From Burkholderiaceae bacterium (GTDB lineage: Bacteria; Pseudomonadota; Gammaproteobacteria; Burkholderiales; Burkholderiaceae_F): DNA of 29,976 nt. Position 1 is the stretch's first letter. Each line of letters opens with the position of its first letter. Positions 1 to 9,066 of this stretch are shown one piece after another. Below the pieces are notes generated by a model that saw only the letters and a list, made by a program, of their open reading frames with translations, was not told where the DNA came from and searched no databases. The DNA lies in the NCBI GenBank assembly GCA_035537135.1, contig DATLMT010000419.1, positions 1 through 29,976 on the forward strand, written 5' to 3'. The translations under genes were made by a program, and so were the position numbers.

Positions 1-1156
1 CGTTCTGCGGAGCGGCAGCCATCGTCTCGATGACCTTGCGGTTGGACCGGGTCGTGATGACTGTCGCGCCCTCGGCGATGAAGCCGCGCAAGCCACCGAT
101 GTGGTCGCCATGATGATGCGTGACCGCGATATAGCGAATCGGCTTGCCGGGGATTGTTTCCTTGATGCGCTTGATGACCGCATCGGCGCCCTCGCTGGTG
201 CCGGGTGCTTCGACGGCAACAATGTAGTCCTTGAATTCGACTGCCATCGTGTTCTGATTCTGGCCCGCGACGTTGTGAATCACGTACACGCCATCCGCCA
301 GCTTCTCCACGCTCGGCTTCAATGTTAGCGGCAAGGCCGGAACTTTACGGAACGCGGCGTCGGATACTTCGAATGACTTGTCGGCGTCGGCGGGATTAAA
401 TTCGGCCTTGACCTTGTAGCGTGCGACAACGTCCCCCGCCAGCCGCCACGTCCAGGTTTGCGGCACTTTCAGTTTTCCCGCGACGACGTAATCGGAGAAC
501 ATGATCTCGGAGGATTGCTGACCGCGCAGCGGATCGGTAATGACCAGCTCGTACTTGGAAACCAGACCGCTTTGCGCGTCGACGTACAGCGCAACCTGCT
601 GCGTATCGGGCATCACGAACGTAACGACATTGTGCTTACGGCCGTCAAATGGCGCTTCGCCAAGGTAGCGCAGCGAGTTCGCGCCATCGAGCGCCTGCCG
701 CAAGATCAGATGTGGAAGTCGCCGGTAATACTGGACGAATTGCTGCTGTGACGTTTGCTCGACAGGAATAGGTGTCGCCGTACGCGCGCGATGGTCGTAG
801 ACGGTGCCTTCGCCCAGTTTGATGATAACTGTGTTGTGGCCGTCAAACCCTGCGCCGCTCACGCGCTGCTCAAGATGCAGTCGATTGTCTTTGAGGTCGA
901 AAGTGAGCGCCTCGTGAAACTGGCCGGACTCGAAGGGAGGAGCCGGTGTCGGCATCTGCAAGCGAGGCCACGTTTCGCCTTGCAACTGCAGCTTCAGTGT
1001 TTCGATGCTCTGAAGCGCGTCGCGTCCTCCAATCGCCGCTACCGCTGAGTCGATCACTTTGCGTGCTCGCTCTTGCGAGCGGTTCGTCAGCGTGGCCGAA
1101 ACTGCGGCGGACGCCAGTGATGTACACAGTGCCAGCAGCAACAGGCTTTTGCGCAT
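1..1156 (-). CDS. Secreted MBL-fold metallo-hydrolase with a long N-terminal beta-rich domain (3'-truncated by window edge; absent from the ORF track)
   Basis: Manual minus-strand translation from ATG 1156 (RBS GGAGG) gives MRKSLLLLALCTSLASAAVSA (signal-peptide-like) and stays open to the window edge. It contains VEKLADGVYVI, NTMAVEFKDYIVAVEAP and THHHGDHIGG (HxHxDH motif at about 101-118). Confidence 0.85.
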   Translation of the reverse strand, partial: MRKSLLLLALCTSLASAAVSATLTNRSQERARKVIDSAVAAIGGRDALQSIETLKLQLQGETWPRLQMPTPAPPFESGQFHEALTFDLKDNRLHLEQRVSGAGFDGHNTVIIKLGEGTVYDHRARTATPIPVEQTSQQQFVQYYRRLPHLILRQALDGANSLRYLGEAPFDGRKHNVVTFVMPDTQQVALYVDAQSGLVSKYELVITDPLRGQQSSEIMFSDYVVAGKLKVPQTWTWRLAGDVVARYKVKAEFNPADADKSFEVSDAAFRKVPALPLTLKPSVEKLADGVYVIHNVAGQNQNTMAVEFKDYIVAVEAPGTSEGADAVIKRIKETIPGKPIRYIAVTHHHGDHIGGLRGFIAEGATVITTRSNRKVIETMAAAPQN

Positions 1157-1274
1157 GGTCGCCTCCAAGAATGAGCGCGGCGACTCTAGCTTTCCGTGCG
1201 TATCGCCGCGCACGTAAGCGACGAGCCGGCGATCAGCGGGACGAAACGGTTGCCCGCGACGACAGAACGGGCGG

Positions 1275-2078
1275 CTACTGGCTGGCGGTGATGCCGCCGT
1301 CGACGTACAGAACTTGGCCGGTCGTGAAGCACGCCGCGGGTGCGCACAGAAAGAGCACGGGTCCGACGACGTCTTTCGGCTCGGCGACGCGCCCCATTGG
1401 AATGCGCTCAAGCAGGTAGCGGCGCGTGGTCTCGTTGTCGAGCCAGTGTCGGCCCATCGGGGTCGCGACCACCGTCGGCGCGACACCGTTGACGCGAACT
1501 CGATGCGGCGCCAGCTCAGATGCGTGCTGCTTGATCAGCATGACCAGCGCACCCTTGGTGGCGCAGTACGCCGAATAGCCGCGTCCGCGCATCGCCAGCT
1601 GTGCGCGCACCGACAGCAAGTGCACCTGCGCGCCCCCACGGCCGTCGGCCACCTGATGGCGCGCGCACGCCTGCGCGACGAACATCGCCGCTTTTACATT
1701 GACGCGGTAAATTTCGTCGAACTTTTCTTCGCTGACGTCCGCCAGTAGCTGCTCGCGCTGGATGCCGATGCAATTGACCAGCAGATCAAGACGGCCGTGC
1801 TGATGGTGGGCGCAATCGACGGCTGAGCGCATCGACTCGAGGTCTTCTGCATCGGCGACCGCTGCATCCGCCTGCAGCCCCGCCTTGCGAATCGCCGCAG
1901 CGAGTGCGTCTGCTCTTTCTGCACTGCGTCCGACAATCACAGGAATCGCGCCTGCCAGTGCGAGTCCCCAACAAACCGCTTCACCGATGCCGCCGTAGCC
2001 ACCGGGCACGAACGCGACCTGGCCATCGAGCCGGAACTGTGCAGCAAGCTCGCGGGTGTAGTCGATGGGGGATGTCAT
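1275..2078 (-). CDS. SDR oxidoreductase, gluconate 5-dehydrogenase-like, predicted NADP(H)-preferring
   Basis: Rossmann motif VPGGYGGIG, YCATK (YxxxK) catalytic motif, C-terminal TGQVLYVDGG. Beta2 ends in VGRS with no acidic residue. Confidence 0.85.
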   Translation of the reverse strand: MTSPIDYTRELAAQFRLDGQVAFVPGGYGGIGEAVCWGLALAGAIPVIVGRSAERADALAAAIRKAGLQADAAVADAEDLESMRSAVDCAHHQHGRLDLLVNCIGIQREQLLADVSEEKFDEIYRVNVKAAMFVAQACARHQVADGRGGAQVHLLSVRAQLAMRGRGYSAYCATKGALVMLIKQHASELAPHRVRVNGVAPTVVATPMGRHWLDNETTRRYLLERIPMGRVAEPKDVVGPVLFLCAPAACFTTGQVLYVDGGITASQ

Positions 2079-2081
2079 CAG

Positions 2082-2822
2082 TCAATCCATCAGCAAGCCG
2101 CCGTTGATGTCGACGATCTCGCCGGTGATAAACCCGGCCAGCGGCGACGCCAGGAAGCGCACGACATGCGCGAACTCTTCCGGCTCGCAAAATCGTCCGA
2201 CCGGAATCGTCGCCAGCAGTGCCGAACGCTGTGATTCACTCAACCCTTCGGTCACCATCGGCGTGCGCACGTACGCTGGTGCAATGCCGTTGACCGTGAC
2301 ACCATCGGGTGCCAGTTCGCGCGCGAGCGAAAATGTCATTGAGCTCAGCGCACCTTTTGAAACAGCGTAAGCCGAGCCTGCGGTTAAACCGCCGGTCTTC
2401 GCCGCCAGCGAAGTCGTATTGATGATGCGCCCCCAGCGCTGTCGCGTCATCGCCGGGATCACCGCTCGCGCAAGAAAGAAAGCAGCATCCAGGTTGATCG
2501 CTAGCACGCGGCGCCACTCACTTTCGTCGGTCGCCTGCGACTTTGAGTTGGACAGCACGCCCGCGTTGTTGAGCAGAATGCCAACCTCCCCCAATTGGGA
2601 CTCGATGCGCCCGACCAGCGCAGGCATCCCATCAATCGAAGTCAGATCGGCCGCGAAAGCAGTGCCGTCGGTAACTTCAATCGCCGCATGGTCGAGCCGC
2701 TCGCTCGCCAGATCGACCAACGCAACACGACACCCGGCAGCTGCAAGCGCGTGCGCGGCGGCGAGCCCCATCGGTCCCGCCGCGCCGGTTACGAGCGCGA
2801 CTTTGCCATTCAACTCAGACAT
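2082..2822 (-). CDS. SDR oxidoreductase, FabG-like, predicted NAD(H)-preferring
   Basis: TGAAGPMG, NNAG, YAVSK and ITGEIVDINGG motifs. Asp at the end of beta2 (ALVDL). Confidence 0.88.
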   Translation of the reverse strand: MSELNGKVALVTGAAGPMGLAAAHALAAAGCRVALVDLASERLDHAAIEVTDGTAFAADLTSIDGMPALVGRIESQLGEVGILLNNAGVLSNSKSQATDESEWRRVLAINLDAAFFLARAVIPAMTRQRWGRIINTTSLAAKTGGLTAGSAYAVSKGALSSMTFSLARELAPDGVTVNGIAPAYVRTPMVTEGLSESQRSALLATIPVGRFCEPEEFAHVVRFLASPLAGFITGEIVDINGGLLMD

Positions 2823-3732
2823 CGAGCACGCTTTTCTTGCCCGCCAGACCGCGCGCGCGCAGCGTCACGACCACGATGAAGAGGATGTACATCGAAACGA
2901 TTGCCCAGTCACCGGCGAACGCGCCCGTCAGTCCCACGACCATTCCGACTAACAGGCCCGCCGCTACGGCACCCCAGAAGCTGCCTACACCGCCCAGCAC
3001 TATGATCAGGAAAGCAGGCACGACCGCATCGACACCCACCTGCGGACGAATTCCCCATACCGGTGCGAGCACGATGCCTGCCAGCGCGGCCAGCGCAACG
3101 CCGAGCGCGAAGACACCGAGCCGCAGCTGTGTCAGATTGATGCCCAATGCACGAATCATCTCGCTGTCGTATGAGCCGGCCTTGATCTTCGCGCCATAGG
3201 AGGTGCGCTCAATAAAGAGCCACAGCGCGCCGATCGCGAGCGCAGCGGCAGCCGCCGCATAAAATCGATAGCGCGCAAACAAGAGATCGCCGATAACCAC
3301 CGAGCCTTGTAGCGCTTCCGGCGTTGGCAGCACGCGCTCGCGCGATCCCCATATCGCGCGGATTGCTTCCTCGATCACGATCGCGGCCCCGAAAGTCAAC
3401 AACAGCGCGTACAGCGGATCTTTGCCGTACGTCCGCCGCAGCGCCAACTCGAGGATCATGCCGAACGCGCCGACGATTACGGGCGCCAATACCAGCGCGA
3501 TCGCGTAGCGCACCGCAAGCGGCAGCGCCAGCCACCCGGCAGCGGTCTCGGGTGGCAATGGCGGCGCGACGATCATCAGCGCCACATACGCGCCGAGCGC
3601 GAAGAACGAACCGTGCGCCAGGTTGATCGTCTCCATCAGCCCCACGATCAGCATGAAGCCAAGCGCAAGCAGTGCAAACAGCAGCCCGAGCGCGATGCCG
3701 TTGACCAGATGCGGCGCGAGCGTGGCGAGCAT
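2815..3732 (-). CDS. livH: Branched-chain amino acid-type (HAAT) ABC permease, LivH-like
   Basis: NGIALGLLFALLALGFMLIVG..INLAHG, GAKIKAGSYDSEM..LGIN, and VLGGVGSFWGA motifs; strongly hydrophobic. Confidence 0.9.
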   Translation of the reverse strand: MLATLAPHLVNGIALGLLFALLALGFMLIVGLMETINLAHGSFFALGAYVALMIVAPPLPPETAAGWLALPLAVRYAIALVLAPVIVGAFGMILELALRRTYGKDPLYALLLTFGAAIVIEEAIRAIWGSRERVLPTPEALQGSVVIGDLLFARYRFYAAAAAALAIGALWLFIERTSYGAKIKAGSYDSEMIRALGINLTQLRLGVFALGVALAALAGIVLAPVWGIRPQVGVDAVVPAFLIIVLGGVGSFWGAVAAGLLVGMVVGLTGAFAGDWAIVSMYILFIVVVTLRARGLAGKKSVLDV

Positions 3733-3770
3733 TATTCAGGGACGGCTAAATACAATGGCACGAGTTGTGA

Positions 3771-5108
3771 CTATTGCTCGTAAGACGGCGTCGCCTCGTA
3801 CGACTCGAGCTTGCACGCGCTGACTGCGGCCTTGTCTTCGACGTCGGCCGGCGGCACCCAGGACATGATCTTGAAGATGTCGTCCTTTTCAGCGGGCGTG
3901 TCGTTGTAGCTCGCCATATAAATGGTCTGCTGCATCTGGTGCGTGGCCGGGTTCATGTACGCATCGAAGTGCTGCATCCGGTCGCGCGCACTGACCTTGA
4001 GATTTTCGAGCTGCTTGATGACCGCGATGTTATTGGTACTGCCGGCGCGCTCACACGCACGCAGCAACTCGCGCGTCGCCATGTAGCCGTTGTAATAGAC
4101 GTTGCCCGGTACCCGAATCGCCATCCCGGGAAATGTCTTCTGATACTGCGCGACGAACTCCTTGACGCCCGGCAGATCGAGCCGGTAGTACCAAGTGGTG
4201 CCGAACACGCCGAACATCGCGTCCGGGCCGAGCCCATAGACGTCAGGCCAATCCTGCTGATTGTTGATCCACGCCATGCGCTTGTGCAGTCCGGCTTGGA
4301 TCACCTGCTGGCGCATCGACTTCTGGTCGTCGCCGCCGACCGCCGCTGCGACTACGTCCGGCTTCATCTGCTGCAGTCGCAGCAGATACGAAGTGAAGTC
4401 GCGCGTGTTCTGCGGTACCAGGATCTCGCCGATGATTTTTCCGCCTTGTGCCTCCACCAGCTGCCGCGTGGCTTTCGACGTGTCGTGCCCCCACACGTAG
4501 TCGTTGGTCACCAGCACCCAGTTGTTGCCGTTGACCTTCATCGCGTTCTTGACGATCGCCTGTGCGAAGTTGCTGCCGTTGCCGTCCCACACGAACTTGG
4601 TACGGTGGCAGTTCTGCCCGGCCTCAGTCGGCGAGCTCGAATTGGTGTTCATGTAAACAACACCATATTTCTGCGCCACCTGGGATATTGCGTTCGCCAC
4701 ACCCGAGTGCAGCGCGCCGATCAAAAAAGCGACGTTATTGCGCGTGATCATGCGCTCGGCCACGCGCGAGCCGGTGGCCGGCGTCGTTTCGGTATCGATA
4801 TGAATATGCTCGATTGGCCGGCCCAGCACGCCGCCCTTGTCGTTGAATTCCTTGATCGCGAGCATCGCGCCCAGACGTTCATCGCTGCCGCTGGCCGCGT
4901 ATTGACCACTTGCGTCCATCGTCAGCCCGAGCACCAGCGGTTTTTTCTGCGCGGTTTGTGACCACACATGGTTATGTTTCCACGGGCCGTAGAACGGTGC
5001 GACACCGTAGAGTCCGGCGGTGGCCGCGCTCAGAGCGCTAGCCTTGAGCAGGCGACGACGTGTTGATGCGTCGGGCGTGGGGTGTTGAAGCTTCTTTGAC
5101 TGTTTCAT
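3771..5108 (-). CDS. HAAT-family ABC substrate-binding protein with Tat signal
   Basis: N-terminal TRRRLLKASALSAA twin-arginine motif and AIKEFNDKGGVLGRPIE..D periplasmic-binding fold motif. RBS AGGAG upstream. Confidence 0.9.
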   Translation of the reverse strand: MKQSKKLQHPTPDASTRRRLLKASALSAATAGLYGVAPFYGPWKHNHVWSQTAQKKPLVLGLTMDASGQYAASGSDERLGAMLAIKEFNDKGGVLGRPIEHIHIDTETTPATGSRVAERMITRNNVAFLIGALHSGVANAISQVAQKYGVVYMNTNSSSPTEAGQNCHRTKFVWDGNGSNFAQAIVKNAMKVNGNNWVLVTNDYVWGHDTSKATRQLVEAQGGKIIGEILVPQNTRDFTSYLLRLQQMKPDVVAAAVGGDDQKSMRQQVIQAGLHKRMAWINNQQDWPDVYGLGPDAMFGVFGTTWYYRLDLPGVKEFVAQYQKTFPGMAIRVPGNVYYNGYMATRELLRACERAGSTNNIAVIKQLENLKVSARDRMQHFDAYMNPATHQMQQTIYMASYNDTPAEKDDIFKIMSWVPPADVEDKAAVSACKLESYEATPSYEQ

Positions 5109-5161
5109 TGTCGTCTCCTGTACGTCCTATGTGTCATTCGCTCACGCGCGCGGACGTCGTG

Positions 5162-6058
5162 CTAGCGCGGAACGATCTTGATACCGTTTAACTTCTCCTG
5201 CGCCTCGATCAGTGACGGCATGAAGCGCTCTCCGAGACCGAGCGCCGTCGCCTGCACCAAAGCCTGATGTACCGCTTCGCCGACGTAACTTGCCGCGCCG
5301 TGCGACTCCGCCAAGTGGGTGTAGTAGCTCATGTCCTTGCGGCCATTGGCGATCGTGAACTTCATTCCCGTCAGATCGCCTTCGACCGCTTTGCTTGCGA
5401 TCATTTGGAACACGCCTGAGTTGACGCCACCTGCCGAGATGACTTCCAGCAGCTTGCGCAACGACAGTCCGCTCTTGGCGGCGATGCCGAATGCTTCCGC
5501 GGTGCTGGTCGCGATCGACAGCGCAAGAAAGTTGTTGACCAGCTTCAGCACATGGCCGTGGCCCGGCGGTCCGACGTGAATGACGTTCTCGCAAAACGCT
5601 TTCATCACCGGCTGCAGCCGTTCGAAATTTGCCGCATCGGCACCGACCATCGTGTTCAACCGGCCTTCTTCAGCCTCCTTCGGTGTGCGCGCCAGCGGCG
5701 CGTCGATATACGGGACTCCGCGCTCGGCGAGGTCGGCACGAATGCGGGCCGTGGAATTGGGCTCGCTGGTCGAGCAGTCCACGATCAGCATGCCGTCACG
5801 CGCGGCCGCGAGCATCCCGTCTGCGCCGTAAATGATTTCTTCGACCTGAGGCGAGCCGGTTACGCAGAAAAAGACGATGTCACTCGCAGCAACGAGCGCT
5901 CGTGTGTCTTTGACTTCGACTGCGCCCGCTGCGGTCAGATCGGCGAGGTTGGCGCGGTTGCGATGAACTTTGAATGCCAGCGGATACCCTTTGGCAAGCA
6001 GGTGCTTGGCCATGCCGTGGCCCATTAGGCCGATGCCGACGAATCCGATGCGCTCCAT
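5162..6058 (-). CDS. NAD(P)-dependent beta-hydroxyacid dehydrogenase (3-hydroxyisobutyrate dehydrogenase / tartronate semialdehyde reductase family)
   Basis: IGFVGIGLMGHGMA Rossmann motif, DAPLARTP substrate loop, catalytic Lys in LKLVNN. Confidence 0.88.
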   Translation of the reverse strand: MERIGFVGIGLMGHGMAKHLLAKGYPLAFKVHRNRANLADLTAAGAVEVKDTRALVAASDIVFFCVTGSPQVEEIIYGADGMLAAARDGMLIVDCSTSEPNSTARIRADLAERGVPYIDAPLARTPKEAEEGRLNTMVGADAANFERLQPVMKAFCENVIHVGPPGHGHVLKLVNNFLALSIATSTAEAFGIAAKSGLSLRKLLEVISAGGVNSGVFQMIASKAVEGDLTGMKFTIANGRKDMSYYTHLAESHGAASYVGEAVHQALVQATALGLGERFMPSLIEAQEKLNGIKIVPR

Positions 6059-6079
6059 GTTCTGCGGTGTCCTGTCGAT

Positions 6080-8050
6080 TTATGTGTTGGTGGAGGCGAG
6101 CGCAGGCGGCGCTTGCGCTGAGACTGCATGCCGTGCATCGGCAAAGCGCCGTACCAGCCGCACGTAACGCTGCGAAATCGCTTCGATTGCAGCGGCATCG
6201 TCGATTTCGCCCGTGAACCATGTGCGCGCGGTCTCGCCAAATATCGTGCGCCCAACGGCAAAGCCTCGGCACAGCGAATGGGTGGCCGCTTCGGCGAGCT
6301 GTTCGGCCAGCTCGTCGATCTGCGCATCCAGGCCGAGCACAAGCACACCGCGACAATAAGAGTCAGCACCCCGTATTGCGCTATCCAGCCGCTTCCATCC
6401 TTGCGCATTCGAGGGCGCGGGCAGCTTCCACCAATCGGGCAGCACGCCGGCTGCCGCAATTGCGGTGACGGCGCGGGCCAACACCTCGTCAGCATCGCGC
6501 GGGTCGTCGCGGAGCATCGGCGGAATCACTTCAAGCAGAAGCTCGCGACCGGAGTCTTCGCACGCCTTACGGAGATCGTGCAGCGTTGCGATCTGCTCGC
6601 CTCTGAGCGTCGGAGGATCATCGGCATCAAACGCCACCAGGCACTTCGCGATATGGCGGGCCGGCCATTCGCGCAACATCGACTGCACGTTGCGGCCGTG
6701 CTCGAAGCGCAGCGGACGCGAACCGGGATCCTCGACCGGCCGCGCTATCCACCAGCCGGACTCATCGAGCTCGGGTAGCAGACCGGCGCCATATCTATCA
6801 TCGAGTATCAATCCGTACGTTGCACCGAGACCTGCGGCGCGGACGCTGGCACGCTGTGCAGCGCGCGCGACCAGATGTTTGAACTGTGAGATGCGGGTCA
6901 CTGGCGTGTTCAGGTCGGACGCGAGTTGCTCGAGGGGCGCGCGGTGATCGAACGCCAGCGCCGCGATCCATGGCGGCGCTGGCCGTCGCGTGGTGGCGTG
7001 GTGCAGGCGGTTCAGTGCAGCGTCTTCACGCAATCGCGGCGTGGCAGAACCGTATCGCAGAAAGTGTTCGAGCTCGACGGCGGTCGGAATGGCGGGTGCG
7101 CAGCCGTGGCGCGATACAACCAACGCGCCGCACGCGTTAGCGCGGCGTCCACACTCCGCCAACGATGCGTCGCGCAGCCATCCGCTCAAAAATCCCGCCA
7201 TGAATGCGTCGCCCGCGCCGAGCACGTTGAACACTTCGATCGGAAACCCCGGCACGTCGATCGGGGCAGCGCCGCGCGCTCCCGGATAAATCGTACAGCC
7301 TGATTCGCCGCGCTTGACCACCAGCGTCGCAGCCGATGCCCGGCGCAGTGCGTGCGCGGCACTGCGTGAATCGCTGGTATCGGCGGCGATGCAGAACTCT
7401 TCTTCGGTCCCGACGATCAAATCGCAAAGAGCGATGATCGGTTGCAGGGTGGCGCTGACCGAAGACGCCTGGACGTAGCGTTTCTCCCCGTCGGCAAGCG
7501 GTGCGAGTCCCCAAAGAACCGGCCGGAAATCGATGTCGAGGACGACGCGCCCACCGGCGGCTCGCGCTGCGTCGATCGCGGCGCGGCACGCTGCATGAGT
7601 TCCCGGTTGCGACAGATGCGTGCCGGAGATCAGCACTGCGGTGGCGGTCGCGATGTAGCGTGAATCGATGTCAGCCGCTTCGAGCGCCATGTCGGCACAA
7701 TGGTCGCGATAGAAAAGCAGCGGAAACGCGGTGCGGCTTCGAATACTCAGAAATACGAGGGCGGTCAGGCGTTGCGGGTCAAGGCGCACGTGGCTGACAT
7801 CAACGCCCTCGCGCGCGAGTGTGTCGAGCACGAACCGGCCGTTTTGCTCGTCGCCGACGCGCGTCAGCATGGCGGCCTCAAGGCCTAGGCGGGCGCATCC
7901 GACGGCGGTATTGGCGGGCGAACCGCCGAGGTAACGCGCGAAGGTCGTCACGTCTTCGAGACGCGCGCCAATCTGCTCTCCGTATAGATCGACCGCGGCG
8001 CGTCCGATGCAAATGACGTCGAGTTTCCGCGGCAATGCACCGTCCTTCAT
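6080..8050 (-). CDS. iolC: Bifunctional 5-dehydro-2-deoxygluconokinase / DUF2090 aldolase-like protein
   Basis: LDVICIGRAAVDLYGEQIG..YLGGSPANTAVG and PfkB signature GAGDAF. C-terminal LAFDHR...LLLEVIPP...PDWWKL...GFAVGRTIF matches DUF2090. Confidence 0.92.
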   Translation of the reverse strand: MKDGALPRKLDVICIGRAAVDLYGEQIGARLEDVTTFARYLGGSPANTAVGCARLGLEAAMLTRVGDEQNGRFVLDTLAREGVDVSHVRLDPQRLTALVFLSIRSRTAFPLLFYRDHCADMALEAADIDSRYIATATAVLISGTHLSQPGTHAACRAAIDAARAAGGRVVLDIDFRPVLWGLAPLADGEKRYVQASSVSATLQPIIALCDLIVGTEEEFCIAADTSDSRSAAHALRRASAATLVVKRGESGCTIYPGARGAAPIDVPGFPIEVFNVLGAGDAFMAGFLSGWLRDASLAECGRRANACGALVVSRHGCAPAIPTAVELEHFLRYGSATPRLREDAALNRLHHATTRRPAPPWIAALAFDHRAPLEQLASDLNTPVTRISQFKHLVARAAQRASVRAAGLGATYGLILDDRYGAGLLPELDESGWWIARPVEDPGSRPLRFEHGRNVQSMLREWPARHIAKCLVAFDADDPPTLRGEQIATLHDLRKACEDSGRELLLEVIPPMLRDDPRDADEVLARAVTAIAAAGVLPDWWKLPAPSNAQGWKRLDSAIRGADSYCRGVLVLGLDAQIDELAEQLAEAATHSLCRGFAVGRTIFGETARTWFTGEIDDAAAIEAISQRYVRLVRRFADARHAVSAQAPPALASTNT

Positions 8051-8964
8051 CGACGCTCTTTCTTGAACGCTCTTCTGCCCGAGGCGTGCGGGGAGCGCCG
8101 GTTCGCACGCCCGGCCATCAACCGGTGCCCGACGGCGACGACCAGCGATTGCGCGAGTACGATCGGCTCGACCAGCGAACGAAACGCGGCGCCGCCGTCG
8201 TCACCGATGGCAAAGGAAAGCGTGGCCACGCGCATCAGCGGAGACAACTTGCTGTCGGTGATCGCGATCACCGCGGCGCCCCGTTTGCGGCAGCTGTCGG
8301 CGATCTCGACAATCTCGTCGGTGTAATTGCGAAAGCTGACTGCGATCACCAATTCGTCGGCGGTGATGCGTGCGGCGAACTCGCGATTCATTCCGCCCAC
8401 GTTGTCCAGCAATTGCGTTCGGACCTCGAGCTGATTTAGCGCATAGGCGAGATATGCGGCAACCGGAAACGAGCGCCTCGCAGCAAGCAGATTGATTTGT
8501 GATGCGGCGGCGATCAATTCGACTGCCTGCGTCAGCAGCCGATCGTCCACTGCGTGCTGGAAGCGCTGCAGCTCGGCGATCGCCTGAACCGCCTGGGCGT
8601 GGAAAACAGCGCCAGGCGACGTGGCTTTCGGAGCGCGTGACTGCAACCGCTCGATACGCTCGCGATACGTCAGCGTACGCGCGCGCAACCGCGTCCGAAA
8701 CAGCTGGCGCAGCTCTGCGAAGCCGTCGCAATCGACGGCAGCGGCAAAGCGCACCAGCGCAGAGGGCTGTACGCCGATCTGCTCGGCCAGTTGCGCAGCG
8801 GTGCCGAGTGCAAAATCCTCGGGTGCGTCGAGCGCGAATCGGGCAATGCGCTGTAACTGACCCGGCAACCGCGGAAAGCGCTCGGTGATTTTTCCCGCGA
8901 GCTCTTCGTAGCTGCTGGGCCCGATAAACCGCTTCCGCCCGCTACTTATGGCTTGCGATTGCAT
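8047..8964 (-). CDS. iolR: MurR/RpiR-family transcriptional regulator (IolR-like)
   Basis: N-terminal HTH (LAEQIGVQPSALVRFA..GFAELRQLFR) plus SIS domain (RRSFPVAAYL, IAVSFRNY, IAITDSKLSPL). ATGA overlap with iolC. Confidence 0.85.
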   Translation of the reverse strand: MQSQAISSGRKRFIGPSSYEELAGKITERFPRLPGQLQRIARFALDAPEDFALGTAAQLAEQIGVQPSALVRFAAAVDCDGFAELRQLFRTRLRARTLTYRERIERLQSRAPKATSPGAVFHAQAVQAIAELQRFQHAVDDRLLTQAVELIAAASQINLLAARRSFPVAAYLAYALNQLEVRTQLLDNVGGMNREFAARITADELVIAVSFRNYTDEIVEIADSCRKRGAAVIAITDSKLSPLMRVATLSFAIGDDGGAAFRSLVEPIVLAQSLVVAVGHRLMAGRANRRSPHASGRRAFKKERR

Positions 8965-8994
8965 CGTCTGGCTTGATAAGTCTCATTGCTTTGC

Positions 8995-9045
8995 GGAACA
9001 TTAGAACGTAGATTACGTTTTGTCCAGAAACAGAACAAATATTCT
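8995..9045. promoter_or_regulatory. Candidate IolR operator sites in the AT-rich divergent promoter
   Basis: Palindrome AACGTA-GAT-TACGTT (9005-9019) flanked by GGAACA/TTGTCC, and AGAA-N6-TTCT (9032-9045). The latter resembles GGAA-Nx-TTCC IolR operators described in alphaproteobacteria. Confidence 0.55.
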
Positions 9046-9066
9046 AAAGCGGCTGCGGGGAGACTT

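Noticed and set aside
101-1419. Several short ORFs listed at the left edge
   Set aside because: All overlap the real minus-strand MBL hydrolase or SDR genes.
3757-3772. TGGCACGAGTTGTG sigma54-like sequence
   Set aside because: No GC at -12 with correct spacing, and it is antisense within an operon junction.
3774-4961. 395-aa plus-strand ORF
   Set aside because: Antisense shadow of the binding-protein gene. It has no motifs, and such shadows are expected from high-GC codon bias.
8986-9066. N-terminal extension of livM given by the ORF track
   Set aside because: Covers the AT-rich promoter and operator region. GTG 9067 has an RBS and gives a more typical length.
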